A stretch of DNA of 64,000 bases from an uncultured Gammaproteobacteria bacterium (GCA_964465375.1 CAYXIJ010000005.1:27079-91078); one strand, 5' to 3'. Positions 27,826-38,303 are shown, counted from the stretch's first letter. Translations and numbers: made by a program. The notes: generated from the letters alone by a model not told the origin.

Positions 27826-28671
27826 ATGAAAAGTAGTGAGCAAATAGCCCTCAGTCGATACGCAGTAATTGGCTATCCCGTGGAACACAGTCTTTCGCCG
27901 ATCATTCACAAATTATTTGCTGATCAATCCGGTGAAAAAATGACCTACGAACTCATCGATGCAGCACCAGCTCACTTTGAAGAGGCTGTCAAACATTTCA
28001 AGGCGGCTGGAGGACAAGGACTTAATGTTACGGTTCCTCACAAAGAATCTGCCTTCCGATTATCAGATGAAACCGGCCCAGAAGGAACTCGAGCGGGCGC
28101 TGTTAATACATTAAGTTTCTTGCCCGACGGGCGTATTCGCGGAGATAACACTGATGGAATTGGAATCATCCAAGACCTTACCGTCAACCACAACCATTCC
28201 CTGACGGGAATGCGGATTTTGATTTTAGGTGCTGGTGGAGCCACACGGGGTATTTTGGGGCCCTTGCTGGATGCGCTGCCAAATGAGTTAGTCGTTGCAA
28301 ACCGCACAATCGACCGTGCCCACCAATTAGTTAAACACGTCAGTGATGACAGTAATACCTTCTTGCATGCCTGTTCTTTTGAGGAACTGAAAGGTATGGA
28401 TCCGTTTGATTTACTCATTAACGCTACTTCTGCGGGATTGAAAGGGGAAATCCTGCCCTTCCCAACAGATTGCGCAGGACCGAAAAGCTTTTGCTACGAT
28501 TTGTCTTACAGTGAAAAAGAAACGCCCTTCCTCGCTTGGGCCCGACAGTGTTCAGTGAAAAAAACCAGCTCGGGTTGGGGTATGTTGGTAGAGCAAGCTG
28601 CTGAATCATTCCTCATCTGGAAGGGTTTCCGACCTGAAACCGGGCCAGCTTTGAAAAATGCCCCCTGCTAG
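27826..28671 (+). CDS. aroE: Shikimate dehydrogenase
   Basis: The listed ORF is 27700..28671. The homologous part starts at MKSSEQIALSRYAVIGYPVEHSLSP (ATG at 27826; an alternative is 27814). Motifs: GLNVTVPHKE, NTDGIG and ILGAGGATRG. Confidence 0.85.
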   Translation: MKSSEQIALSRYAVIGYPVEHSLSPIIHKLFADQSGEKMTYELIDAAPAHFEEAVKHFKAAGGQGLNVTVPHKESAFRLSDETGPEGTRAGAVNTLSFLPDGRIRGDNTDGIGIIQDLTVNHNHSLTGMRILILGAGGATRGILGPLLDALPNELVVANRTIDRAHQLVKHVSDDSNTFLHACSFEELKGMDPFDLLINATSAGLKGEILPFPTDCAGPKSFCYDLSYSEKETPFLAWARQCSVKKTSSGWGMLVEQAAESFLIWKGFRPETGPALKNAPC

Positions 28672-30014
28672 CGCATAAGTACTAATTCCTCAGAGCCCGT
28701 CGGATGAACGGCTACGGTATCGTCGAGATCACACTTTCGGGCTCCCATGGATATTGCCACGGCAAACCCCTGAATCATTTCATCGGCGCCCGCACCAACT
28801 ACGTGACAACCCACCACACGCTCCTCTTCGCCAACGGTCACCAATTTCATGGCATTAAGCGGTTTGTCGGTTGTTAAAGCATTATACATGGGAACAAATT
28901 CTGACTTGTAAGCGCGCACCGGGCTGTTTTTATAGTGCTCCCTAGCCTCTTTTTCGGATAAACCCACTGTTCCAACAGGAGGATGAGAAAAAATAACTGA
29001 AGCAATATTTTCATAGCTCAAGTGTCGGTCAGTTTGGCCCCCAAAAACACGATCTGCAAGACGTCTCCCCGCTGCAATGGCAACAGGAGTAAGCTCTGCC
29101 ATGCCGGTCACATCCCCAATGGCATAGATCCCATCAACACTCGTATTCTGATACTTATCCACCAATATATATCCCTGATCATCGAGTTCGATTCCGGTTG
29201 AATCGATCTCCAAATTTCCTGTGTTTGGAGTTCGGCCAATTGCCCACAGAACACACTGAAATCCCTTGAAGTGGCGTCCATCCTTTGTGTTGAGTATCAA
29301 TCCATCCCCTGCTTCCACTGCATCTGGGGTGGCCTCCGTCACCAACTTAATGCCCTGGGCCTGCATATCAGCCATAACCCTTTCTGAAATCATTTCGTCG
29401 AAAGAGCGGAGCACCCGATTGAATCGCATGAACAAGCTAACCTCGCTACCCAAGGCTTTAAAAACTCCGGCTAATTCCATAGCAATGTATCCGCTTCCCA
29501 CAATTGCGACCCGTGGCGGTAATTCCTCCAAATCAAAAAAACCGTCCGATGTAATACCGTAGCTTGCCCCAGGAATGTCAGGAACCCTAGGGTAACCTCC
29601 AGTAGCAACCACGATATGTGCCCCACGATATGTATTGCCTTGGGCATCAACAATCTTGTTTTTACTGTGAAAACGAGCAGGGCTACGGACTAAGTCAATA
29701 CATTTATTTTCCAAGTTGCTTTGATATATCTCGGATAATCTATTTACATATGCATCCCGGCCTAACTTGAGTGCTAACCAATCATGTTTTTTAGCTGTGA
29801 CATGAAAACCGTATTGGGCTGCGTCTTCAACAGCATGAGCAATCTGCGCGGCATTCCACATCACTTTTTTCGGGACACAGCCAACGTTTACGCAAGTACC
29901 ACCAAGTGCCCCCTGTTCAAAAACCACCGTACGGGCTCCATGCTCCTTTGCGCGCTGGGCCGAGGCAAGACCTCCACTGCCACCGCCCAAAACAATTAAA
30001 TCATACGTTTTCAT
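28668..30014 (-). CDS. gor: Glutathione-disulfide reductase
   Basis: I start it at MKTYDLIVLGGGSGGLA (ATG at 30014). It has the redox-active disulfide GGTCVNVGCVPKK and the C-terminal VAVHPTGSEELVLMR. Its stop overlaps the aroE stop in the sequence CTAG. Confidence 0.88.
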   Translation of the reverse strand: MKTYDLIVLGGGSGGLASAQRAKEHGARTVVFEQGALGGTCVNVGCVPKKVMWNAAQIAHAVEDAAQYGFHVTAKKHDWLALKLGRDAYVNRLSEIYQSNLENKCIDLVRSPARFHSKNKIVDAQGNTYRGAHIVVATGGYPRVPDIPGASYGITSDGFFDLEELPPRVAIVGSGYIAMELAGVFKALGSEVSLFMRFNRVLRSFDEMISERVMADMQAQGIKLVTEATPDAVEAGDGLILNTKDGRHFKGFQCVLWAIGRTPNTGNLEIDSTGIELDDQGYILVDKYQNTSVDGIYAIGDVTGMAELTPVAIAAGRRLADRVFGGQTDRHLSYENIASVIFSHPPVGTVGLSEKEAREHYKNSPVRAYKSEFVPMYNALTTDKPLNAMKLVTVGEEERVVGCHVVGAGADEMIQGFAVAISMGARKCDLDDTVAVHPTGSEELVLMR

Positions 30015-30126
30015 TGAAAAGACCTTGTAACCTCTGCGCAAAGAGCTTAACAGGACGGAGGCTTGCTCACCGCCCCGAAAGTTCAGCAGTGTGCTAGATT
30101 CCGTTTTTTAGTTGTAGACAATAACG

Positions 30127-32190
30127 ATGACGGACAGCGAAAAGTTCATTTCAAATTCGACAAATCCGCTCTTAAGCCGAAACGGACTACCAAGATTCTC
30201 CGCAATTAAAGCTGAACACATCAAACCGGCACTGAAACATGTTCTTCGACAACAACGACATACTTTGAAAAAACTAGAGCAATCGGACACCCATTCTTTC
30301 GAATGGGCACTCCATTTGGAGCACCTTCAGGAAGAAGTCGGCAGAATCTGGGGACTCGTCTCACATCTTAACGCTGTACTGTCTAGCCCTAAATTTCGAG
30401 ATGCATATAATGAATGTCTGCCGATGATCACGGACTTCAGGAGCGAGCTAAGTCAAAACAAATTGCTCTATTCAGGGTTTCTACAACTTGAGAAGCAGCT
30501 TGGCCCAAAAGATGCCCAAGCAAAATTGCAGCTCGTCACTCATACATTGCGGAATTTTCGCCTTGGCGGCGTGGGGCTTCCTGAAAAATCAAAAAAGAGA
30601 TTTAAGGCCATAATGCAGGAACTTGCTAAGAGGCAGGCAACATTTGAGCAAAATATTATGGACGCGACCGACGCGTTTCAGTATCACACTGAAGAACAAA
30701 AGGTGCTAGCTGGAATACCCGAGGTGATCTTAGGTCGTGCGAAGAAAGCTGCCAAAGACAAGAATCTCAAAGGCTGGGCTCTACCCTTAGACCCCCCGAC
30801 ATACGCGGCGGTGATGACGCACGCCCAATCACGGGAGTTAAGGGAATTATATTACCGAGCATGGGTAACTCGCGCTTCTGATCAAGGTCCCCATGCTCAA
30901 CAATGGGATAATCGCCCGCTTATCGAAAAGATTCTCGGCCTTCGTCATGAAGCAGCCTTGTTATTGGGCTTTGGTGACTACTCAGAACTTTCTCTTGATA
31001 CCAAAATGGCTGTTTCGCCTAGCGAGGTCATGGGGTTTCTGAAAGATCTCTCCCTGAAAAGCCGGCCAGTAGCAGAGAAGGAATTTGCCGAGCTTACCGA
31101 CTATGCTGGAGAAAAGCTTTCTGCGTGGGATATCTCATTTTATGCCGAACAGTTAAAACAAGACCGTTTCCATTTGGCAGAAGATGAATTACGTCCCTTT
31201 TTCCCTTTGCCCAAAGTTCAATCGGGTTTGTTTAGGGTTGCGGAACATCTGTTTGGATTGAAGATCAAGCCAAAAAAAGGCGTGGATACCTGGCATCCAA
31301 CTGTAACCTTCTACGAAATTCAGGAGAAAGATGGCAAGCTTGTCGGTGGATTTTTTGCTGATCTTTACGCTCGGCCCAATAAGCGCGGTGGCGCCTGGAT
31401 GGATGAATGCTTGGTGAAATCCAAATTACAGGGACTAAACCAAAAACCAGTAGCTCATCTTGTATGTAACTTTAATCCACCGGTCGGAAGTGATCCCTCA
31501 CTGCTTACCCATCAGGAGGTTACTACCCTATTTCATGAGTTTGGGCACAGCCTGCACCATCTGCTGACTGAAGTTGACTATCCCTCGTTGTCTGGAATTA
31601 ACGGAGTAGCCTGGGATGCGGTAGAGCTTCCTAGTCAATTTCTTGAAAATTACGCTTGGCTTCCAAAGGTTTTACCCTGGATATCGAGCCACTATGAAAC
31701 CGGCAAGCCATTGCCAACAAACAAGCTTGAAAAACTGAATGCATCAAGAACCTTTTTATCAGGCCTTAGCATGGCCCGCCAGTTGGAATTTGCGTTGTTC
31801 GATTTCCGCATTCACATGGAATACGATTCATCCATTGGATCACAGGTTGAAAAAATCCTAGCAGAAGTACGAGATGAGGTATCTGTCTTAGAGTCGCCTT
31901 CTTATAATCGCTTCGCAAATTCATTTTCCCATATTTTCGGGGGGGGATATGCAGCTGGCTACTACAGTTACAAGTGGGCTGAAGTGCTGGCCGCAGATGC
32001 TTTCTCAGCTTTCGAAGAACAAGGAAACTTTGACTTAGATACTGCGGAACGCTTTCGCCGGTGCATTCTTGCCGTTGGCGGCACCCGTAATGCGCTGGAT
32101 GCTTTTGTGGATTTCCGAAGCAGGCCCCCCAGCCTTGAGCCTCTTCTGCGTCAAAACGGGATCGATTCTGCTGGGATAGTAGCTACATGA
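30127..32190 (+). CDS. prlC: Oligopeptidase A (M3 family metallopeptidase)
   Basis: 687 aa with the zinc motif HEFGHSLHH, GGGYAAGYYSYKWAEVL, and an overall length typical of PrlC. Confidence 0.88.
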   Translation: MTDSEKFISNSTNPLLSRNGLPRFSAIKAEHIKPALKHVLRQQRHTLKKLEQSDTHSFEWALHLEHLQEEVGRIWGLVSHLNAVLSSPKFRDAYNECLPMITDFRSELSQNKLLYSGFLQLEKQLGPKDAQAKLQLVTHTLRNFRLGGVGLPEKSKKRFKAIMQELAKRQATFEQNIMDATDAFQYHTEEQKVLAGIPEVILGRAKKAAKDKNLKGWALPLDPPTYAAVMTHAQSRELRELYYRAWVTRASDQGPHAQQWDNRPLIEKILGLRHEAALLLGFGDYSELSLDTKMAVSPSEVMGFLKDLSLKSRPVAEKEFAELTDYAGEKLSAWDISFYAEQLKQDRFHLAEDELRPFFPLPKVQSGLFRVAEHLFGLKIKPKKGVDTWHPTVTFYEIQEKDGKLVGGFFADLYARPNKRGGAWMDECLVKSKLQGLNQKPVAHLVCNFNPPVGSDPSLLTHQEVTTLFHEFGHSLHHLLTEVDYPSLSGINGVAWDAVELPSQFLENYAWLPKVLPWISSHYETGKPLPTNKLEKLNASRTFLSGLSMARQLEFALFDFRIHMEYDSSIGSQVEKILAEVRDEVSVLESPSYNRFANSFSHIFGGGYAAGYYSYKWAEVLAADAFSAFEEQGNFDLDTAERFRRCILAVGGTRNALDAFVDFRSRPPSLEPLLRQNGIDSAGIVAT

Positions 32191-32954
32191 AGATAGCCAC
32201 TTGGAACGTAAACAGTCTTCGCGTTCGTTTGGAGCAGGTGTGCGATTGGCTTGGTAAGGTTAAGCCAGACTTTTTAGCGCTCCAAGAAACAAAACTCACC
32301 GACGAGAATTTCCCATCCGCTGCCTTTGAGGCACTCGGCTACCAAGCTTTGTTCAGTGGACAACCAACTTACAACGGCGTTGCTCTGATCAGCCGTGAAA
32401 CTCCCACAGATGTGCTGACAAGCCTTGAAGGGATGCAAGATCCCCAGCGTCGCGTTCTCGGAGCAACCTATGGTAAGACAAGGATACTCAATCTCTATGT
32501 TCCTAACGGTCAGAGCATTGATAGCGAAAAATATCAATATAAATTGCAATGGCTTAAAAAACTGGGTCTTCAGCTATCGGATGACCTTTCGCATTACGAG
32601 CAGCTAGTTGTATTAGGGGACTTTAATATCGCCCCTGAAGATGACGATGTACATGACCCGGCGGCTTGGGAAGGTGGCGTTCTTGTCAGTCCCCCGGAGC
32701 GTGCAGCTTTAGAGCGTATCAAAAAACTTGGACTCACCGATGTATTTCGATTATTTGATCAGAAAGATGAGAGTTTCAGCTGGTGGGATTATCGGGCTGC
32801 GGCCTTTCGCCGCAATCGGGGGCTTAGAATTGATCTAATACTGGCCTCCAAAAGCCTGAGTCAAGCCTGCAGTTCCTGCAGGATAGATACCGAGCCGAGA
32901 AAACTTGAGCGGCCATCCGATCACACGCCTGTTATTGCGGAATTCTCTCTCTAG
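32187..32954 (+). CDS. xthA: Exodeoxyribonuclease III
   Basis: 255 aa. Motifs: MKIATWNVNSLRVR, LALQETK, and the C-terminal SDHTPVIAEF. There is a 4-nt overlap with prlC. Confidence 0.9.
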   Translation: MKIATWNVNSLRVRLEQVCDWLGKVKPDFLALQETKLTDENFPSAAFEALGYQALFSGQPTYNGVALISRETPTDVLTSLEGMQDPQRRVLGATYGKTRILNLYVPNGQSIDSEKYQYKLQWLKKLGLQLSDDLSHYEQLVVLGDFNIAPEDDDVHDPAAWEGGVLVSPPERAALERIKKLGLTDVFRLFDQKDESFSWWDYRAAAFRRNRGLRIDLILASKSLSQACSSCRIDTEPRKLERPSDHTPVIAEFSL

Positions 32955-33011
32955 CGACAGCAGAAAAAAGACAACACCCCACCCTCTCGGAAGGACAGAA
33001 AAATTTCTTTC

Positions 33012-34250
33012 TTATTTGGCCAAAAGAAATGTTTTTCTAAGGGGGAAAAGAATGCTTACCAGAATGATATTCATCAAACCATGTGTAACGAGAATCTGGG
33101 ACACAAGAAGAGATGAATCAACAAGACCAGTAAAAAAGATCACCATTAGCAAACCGGCGCGTACTAACTCGATCAGGCTCGATCCCTGTACATTCTCAAG
33201 CATCATGGAAACACTTGTCATTGAGACTACCAAAATTGTGCCCAACAAAACTGTTTCCATGTAACCTTGGCTATCCAATGTAAAAAACGTCACGAGCGCG
33301 ATTACATTAAGGAAAAAGAACTGAACAAGCCCATATGCTTTTACATTCCCAGAAATAACGGGATCATATTTTTTGAAGTTATCCAAACTATTTATTTTTT
33401 TGGGAAACCTTTTTTCTGCATCAGCCGGCCTCCAGCTTGTGTCTGAAAACCAAACTTTTACCTTATCTTTGGCTGATTTTGTATAGATTGTGTCTCTTAT
33501 CATCTGATGAAAAATTTCTATATTGGCCCAGACCGGATTCCAACTATGAAGCGGTTTTACAGTCCCGTACACGGGACTTAGGTCGGCCTTCTCCTCAATA
33601 AAGGTCCCAAAAATCCTGTCCCAAAGAATAAAAACACCCCCGTAATTGGCATCAATATATTCCTGATTCTGAGCATGATGGACACGATGATTTGAAGGAG
33701 TTACAAAAACTGCCTCAAAGAGGCCTAGTTTCGGTACATGTTCGGTATGGACCCAGAATTGATAAAGAAGGTTAAGCGCACCCACTGTCACAAATACCTC
33801 TGCTGGTACCCCCAGTACAAACATTGGGACAAAAAATATCCACTTCCATAGGAAACCTGAGCTTGTCTGTCTCAGCGCTGTCGACAAATTGAATTCTTCA
33901 CCTTGATGGTGAACCACATGGGTTGCCCAAAGTACCTTAATTTCGTGATGGAGTCTGTGCATCCAGTAATAGGTAAGATCATAAAGCACGAAAGCAACCA
34001 TCCACGTCATCCAGCTTTCCGTAGGCATGAGTGTCAAGTTTAGATGACTGGCTGCGTACGCAAATATTGCGCCTTGAAAACCCAAATTTAACATGGGCGG
34101 CAATCGGCTAATCATGCCAAGGGAGACACTTGCAAAAGTATCATTCAGCCTATAGGTATTATTACCGGTAAAAAGGCCAAACAAATACTCACACAGTATC
34201 AAGAAAAAGAAAACCGGTATTGCTAAAGCAATTAAATAGGAAGTGTCCAT
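33012..34250 (-). CDS. Fatty acid hydroxylase / sterol desaturase superfamily membrane protein (alkylglycerol monooxygenase-like) with a C-terminal multi-TM extension
   Basis: 412 aa with the histidine boxes HRLHHEIKVLWATHVVHHQGEEFNLSTALRQ and HRVHHAQNQEY. The last 150 aa or so form additional hydrophobic helices. Confidence 0.75.
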   Translation of the reverse strand: MDTSYLIALAIPVFFFLILCEYLFGLFTGNNTYRLNDTFASVSLGMISRLPPMLNLGFQGAIFAYAASHLNLTLMPTESWMTWMVAFVLYDLTYYWMHRLHHEIKVLWATHVVHHQGEEFNLSTALRQTSSGFLWKWIFFVPMFVLGVPAEVFVTVGALNLLYQFWVHTEHVPKLGLFEAVFVTPSNHRVHHAQNQEYIDANYGGVFILWDRIFGTFIEEKADLSPVYGTVKPLHSWNPVWANIEIFHQMIRDTIYTKSAKDKVKVWFSDTSWRPADAEKRFPKKINSLDNFKKYDPVISGNVKAYGLVQFFFLNVIALVTFFTLDSQGYMETVLLGTILVVSMTSVSMMLENVQGSSLIELVRAGLLMVIFFTGLVDSSLLVSQILVTHGLMNIILVSILFPLRKTFLLAK

Positions 34251-34331
34251 GAGATTACATTAATCCGTCACTGGAACAAATTTGCCTTTTTTGTGGCCGA
34301 TTAGTCAAGATGCTACGCTCAACAGCCCTGG

Positions 34332-35399
34332 TTATCCTGTCTTATCTACCCCAAATACAAATTTGTCAGATCCTGGCAGGGTCTCTATGAAATCAGGCCC
34401 TAAAAGTTGGGATGGTGTTAACGTACCTGCCACACCAGTTTCATTTAAAAGATGTGAAACACATGCAATAGAGCCATCAACCGTCACATCATAGCCATTG
34501 GCCGTGGTTATTCGACAGCATAACTTCTGCCCTGATCGGTTTTTTACTTCTCCCCAAAAATGCGTTCTAGACGCCTTTCTCTGCTCGTCGGTTGGGCCCC
34601 GGGGCCCCTGGTTAATACGCTTTTTCAAAATTCTCTGTACCCAGCCAAGGCCCAAAAGAGCTCGAATGTAATTTAGCGCTTTCAGGACCCGAAAAACTTT
34701 TCTTGTTGCTGGTATGTAGACTTCAATATTTGGGATCCCTGTTGTCCAATACGCAGTAGATATGTCGCCCCACGGAATGGTTATCGAAAGTTTTTCCCCA
34801 CTCCCGAAATCAATCCAACTCTGCTTATGCGCCAAAGGAACCGTCAGTATCTCCCCTTCCTTCCTTATCTTCCCCCCCTTTGCTGCACCTTCAACAGAAG
34901 TTTTAGCTGTCCCCCGGCTTAGGGACCCTCTTGAGTCAATACCCAATTTTAAGCAGGTAGCATCTGGCATCTTCAGCTTTAATTGCGCCGCAACACAATC
35001 AGTCGGAATCACATCCATTCCTACACCAGGACAAAGCACAACTTTATTCTTTTTTGCCTTTTTAGCTAAACGCTGAGCTGCCTCAAAAACAACAATCTCA
35101 CCGGTAATATCCAAATAATGTGTGCCGCTTTCCAGGCAGGCCTCCATCATTGCTGGGGCTGTTTTTGAAAACGGGCCAGCGCAATGCAGAACAACTGCAA
35201 CATCCCCAATATACTTTTTTATCACGCTAACATCTTGCAGTGAAAAAATACGATGAGGCAGGCTAAGGCTCTCTGCAAGTAACTGGATTTCCTCTTTGTT
35301 TCGCCCCGCTAGTATTGGCCTCATTCCTGAGGCCACAGATTTCAAGGTGATTAACTCACCTGTGTAACCATTTGCACCGTAGATTAACCAGTCTTCCAA
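34332..35399 (-). CDS. Saccharopine dehydrogenase-like NAD(P)-binding oxidoreductase
   Basis: 355 aa with an N-terminal Rossmann motif (LIYGANGYTGELI) and HYLDITGE. Its overall length resembles SCCPDH/trans-acting enoyl reductase-like proteins. Confidence 0.7.
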   Translation of the reverse strand: MEDWLIYGANGYTGELITLKSVASGMRPILAGRNKEEIQLLAESLSLPHRIFSLQDVSVIKKYIGDVAVVLHCAGPFSKTAPAMMEACLESGTHYLDITGEIVVFEAAQRLAKKAKKNKVVLCPGVGMDVIPTDCVAAQLKLKMPDATCLKLGIDSRGSLSRGTAKTSVEGAAKGGKIRKEGEILTVPLAHKQSWIDFGSGEKLSITIPWGDISTAYWTTGIPNIEVYIPATRKVFRVLKALNYIRALLGLGWVQRILKKRINQGPRGPTDEQRKASRTHFWGEVKNRSGQKLCCRITTANGYDVTVDGSIACVSHLLNETGVAGTLTPSQLLGPDFIETLPGSDKFVFGVDKTG

Positions 35400-35411
35400 G
35401 ATCTACCTTCC

Positions 35412-36857
35412 TTACCCCTTTTGTAGTTGTTCCCAGGGATTCTGATCACTAACAACGGGCATGAAATGGCAAAAAATATTTGCGAATTTGGTTCCTTTGA
35501 AAGGAATAGGTCGACCATGGAGCAGTCGGCCACCTTCATAAAACACAATCTCTCCGGGCTCCAGAAATATATTATGTTTTCGATAAAAATTGTCCTCAAT
35601 GACCAGTGGCCACGGTTCTTTTACGTCCTGATCTATGTTGATGATGGCACTGAGAATATGAGTTTTTAACTGGTCTCTATGGGGATTTAGAACTGATCCC
35701 TCTCTGTAAATCCTGATCCCATAAACAAATGTTGGCAACAACTTGGTCTGGCTCCACTCTTCCAAGGGCTTCTTCAGGGATGCGTGTATTGCGTCCCGCA
35801 AATCCTCGGGTAACTCAATCAGATCACTTCCTGGCCGGGTAGTACCTGGAACCTCTATGTAGCCTCCTTCCACGTGCTCCGTTTGTTTAGTATTTTGGTG
35901 GGCTGAGTGGAATGTAAGGAGTTTTTTGAATAAATCTTCATCTAGCTTGTCCTTCTTAAAACCAATTTCCGTGTAATTTTTTATGTACTCATTGGGCTCT
36001 TTGGTAAACATTGCTCCATCACCCTTGGTACGAAACCACTTGGTGATAACGGACTTCCAGCCCCTCCCAACTGGGTGTGCATGATGCATAGTATCGATAT
36101 TGCATAAACCATCAGCATTTAGGTTGTTCCAGATGATTGCCATACCCTTCTTAGGCTGGATTGTTTTTTTCAGTCGGACAAATTCTGTTTCACCTCCCTG
36201 CTCTACCTCATTCAAATACACCATGAAAGTGTAGGTTCTCTGGCCCTGCTCTTTGGCATACTGCTCAATTTGTTCACCCTCAAAATAATCTGTATGGGCT
36301 TTGAATTCCTGCCCTTTTTCATAATATTGGCCTTGGATGATCTCAGAAAATGAAGAGTCAATTCCCATCATCTGACAGATCCTTCGGTCAACATCCGCAA
36401 TCAAAGGATCGCTCATAACACCCAGATCACAGGTCCTGCTGGTTCTAAAGGTCGGATCATATGCACCGCTACTGGCTATAGCGGATGGGCGAAGTTTTGA
36501 TTTAATTAGCTGAGTAACCTGGTCGCATTCGTCAGCATTCAGAAAATTTTCCAACGTATAGAATTCAGCCTTCCTCGTATCTAGCTGGTCGGCATTGGGG
36601 ATAAAGATTTTTTCTTGCTCTACCTTTTTCTCAGACTCAGAATAAATCGTAATTTTCGGATTATCTTTATCAATACGTTTTAGTGGATTGATGATCTCGG
36701 ACGGGTCAACCAAAGGCACAAAATTCATTTCATTTTTAATGTCTTTTGCATCGAATCCCTCGTCCAAGAGAATTTTGTAGATCCCATCAAGATCACATCC
36801 TCGATCTATATTCAGCTGAATCCAATCCTTCCAGTCTTGTGTGATTTTTCTGGTCAA
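35412..36857 (-). CDS. Tandem double 2OG-Fe(II) oxygenase (prolyl-4-hydroxylase-like) protein
   Basis: 481 aa with two separate HxD...H facial triads: FKAHTDYF...HHAHPVGRGWKSVITKW in the first half and LNPHRDQL...GRLLHGRPIPF in the second. Confidence 0.7.
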   Translation of the reverse strand: MTRKITQDWKDWIQLNIDRGCDLDGIYKILLDEGFDAKDIKNEMNFVPLVDPSEIINPLKRIDKDNPKITIYSESEKKVEQEKIFIPNADQLDTRKAEFYTLENFLNADECDQVTQLIKSKLRPSAIASSGAYDPTFRTSRTCDLGVMSDPLIADVDRRICQMMGIDSSFSEIIQGQYYEKGQEFKAHTDYFEGEQIEQYAKEQGQRTYTFMVYLNEVEQGGETEFVRLKKTIQPKKGMAIIWNNLNADGLCNIDTMHHAHPVGRGWKSVITKWFRTKGDGAMFTKEPNEYIKNYTEIGFKKDKLDEDLFKKLLTFHSAHQNTKQTEHVEGGYIEVPGTTRPGSDLIELPEDLRDAIHASLKKPLEEWSQTKLLPTFVYGIRIYREGSVLNPHRDQLKTHILSAIINIDQDVKEPWPLVIEDNFYRKHNIFLEPGEIVFYEGGRLLHGRPIPFKGTKFANIFCHFMPVVSDQNPWEQLQKG

Positions 36858-36877
36858 ATTTTTATCAACTAGATTTT

Positions 36878-37786
36878 CTATTGATCAAGTTGGTCCATTC
36901 GATCAATGGCCTTTTTCATCTGTCGCTCCCGGATGGCGTATGCATCTACTTCCTTAAGTAATGCTTCGGCTTTCTTTCTGAGATCGGCGGTGGTACTACC
37001 AAATTTTTCGAACTCCTTTTTCAGCTTACCGAATTCTTCCAGGATCTCGCCAGCCCTCTCATTTAATGCCAAGGTTCTAAAACCCATATGAATGCTTATG
37101 AGATAGGCCGCAAGAGAGTTTGGGCCCAAAATTAGCACACGGGAATCACTGAAAACTTGTTCTCGCAATCCCTCCAGGCGATCAATCAGTTGCATGAGGC
37201 TTTCGCTTGGAATATACATAATTCCCAAATCTATGGTGATGCCAGTCTGGACATATTTTTCTTTAATGTCTGTTGCATCACTGATAATCCGGCGCTTTAT
37301 AGCGTTCTCTGCATCCCTAACTTGATCTCTGTTGCCCGCATCAGCAGCCTCAATATAATTGTCATACAGCGCTGAAGGGAACTTTGCATCGATGGGCAGC
37401 AAGCCCTCTGGCAGCTTAATAACAAACTCAACTCGCTTACCCGAACCGGGCGTTATTTCGACATTTTTTTCATACCTATTTGCAGAAAAAATATCGGCGA
37501 TAATGGCTTCAAGAGACCATTCTCCAAAAGTACCCGCTAGCGTTCCCCCGGAAAGATAGCGACGCAACTTACTCAAAGGCTCCTGGAAGGACTGAATATC
37601 ACTCACCAAATTTCCTAAAGAATCTTTTTGATTCTTTAGGGATTGGTCTAAATCATGCAGCGCTGTCTTTTGCTCGCCAAGTAATTCATGGCTTTTGTCA
37701 CGCCACCTATTAGTTAGGTAGAGATTGAAAGCTACTGCTATCAAAACCAATAGCAATAATGCAAATGAAATAATCTCTGTAGCCAT
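36878..37786 (-). CDS. rmuC: DNA recombination protein RmuC (short form)
   Basis: 302 aa with an N-terminal TM helix, a short coiled coil and an RmuC core (GEWSLEAII, RVEFVIKLPEGLLPIDAKFP, IMYIPSESL). Confidence 0.8.
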   Translation of the reverse strand: MATEIISFALLLLVLIAVAFNLYLTNRWRDKSHELLGEQKTALHDLDQSLKNQKDSLGNLVSDIQSFQEPLSKLRRYLSGGTLAGTFGEWSLEAIIADIFSANRYEKNVEITPGSGKRVEFVIKLPEGLLPIDAKFPSALYDNYIEAADAGNRDQVRDAENAIKRRIISDATDIKEKYVQTGITIDLGIMYIPSESLMQLIDRLEGLREQVFSDSRVLILGPNSLAAYLISIHMGFRTLALNERAGEILEEFGKLKKEFEKFGSTTADLRKKAEALLKEVDAYAIRERQMKKAIDRMDQLDQ

Positions 37787-37814
37787 TGTTTTTAGAATGA
37801 CCTATTTTATGGGG

Positions 37815-38303
37815 CTAATCATTCCACGCATTCATCGCCCTTGTTACCAGTGAATCTTCGTTTAGCTCAGCCAGCTCCATCCTAATTCCATTGGGATCTA
37901 TGACATTGGTAATATAAGCCTTGGAATTTGAGCTCAGTCTGGCGTCGGCTACCTCGAGCCCCTGGCCCCTAAAGAACTCGATGGACTCGTCAATATCCTC
38001 CACATGTACACCAAAATGCGTCAAACTTGTCTGTCTCTGAGCGTTGTTTCCGCCTATTTCTAAAAAAGTATTTTTACTAACCTGGAGATAAACAATAGAT
38101 ACCTCGCCATTATCTCTAGTCCCGCGGAACGCCTCTTGAAAGCCCATGACTTCAGTGTAATAAGTCACCGCTTCCTCAACATCAGGAACGCTTATTCCAA
38201 CGTGATTAATACGCACAGCGCCCCACCCTTGATTCTGGGCAATCGCTGCTTGAAGTGCCAATGTTGCTAATACACCAATGAGAAAAAAATAAATACTTCG
38301 CAT
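37815..38303 (-). CDS. Exported VOC (glyoxalase/bleomycin resistance/dioxygenase) family protein
   Basis: 162 aa with the signal peptide MRSIYFFLIGVLATLALQAAIA. Paired beta-alpha-beta-beta-beta module motifs are present: INHVGISVPDVEEAVTYY and THFGVHVEDIDE. Confidence 0.65.
   Translation of the reverse strand: MRSIYFFLIGVLATLALQAAIAQNQGWGAVRINHVGISVPDVEEAVTYYTEVMGFQEAFRGTRDNGEVSIVYLQVSKNTFLEIGGNNAQRQTSLTHFGVHVEDIDESIEFFRGQGLEVADARLSSNSKAYITNVIDPNGIRMELAELNEDSLVTRAMNAWND

Noticed and set aside
28668-28671. aroE and gor converge with their stop codons overlapping in the palindrome CTAG.
   Set aside because: This is real, but it is only a consequence of compact genome packing. No hairpin or terminator is associated with it, so it is not informative on its own.
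31939-31946. A G8 homopolymer in prlC, and the C7/G7 runs at about 34876, 60045 and 63139, as phase-variation switches.
   Set aside because: All are in frame within intact genes. The G8 encodes the conserved FGGGY motif of oligopeptidase A. The runs are short, and there is no sign of associated contingency loci.
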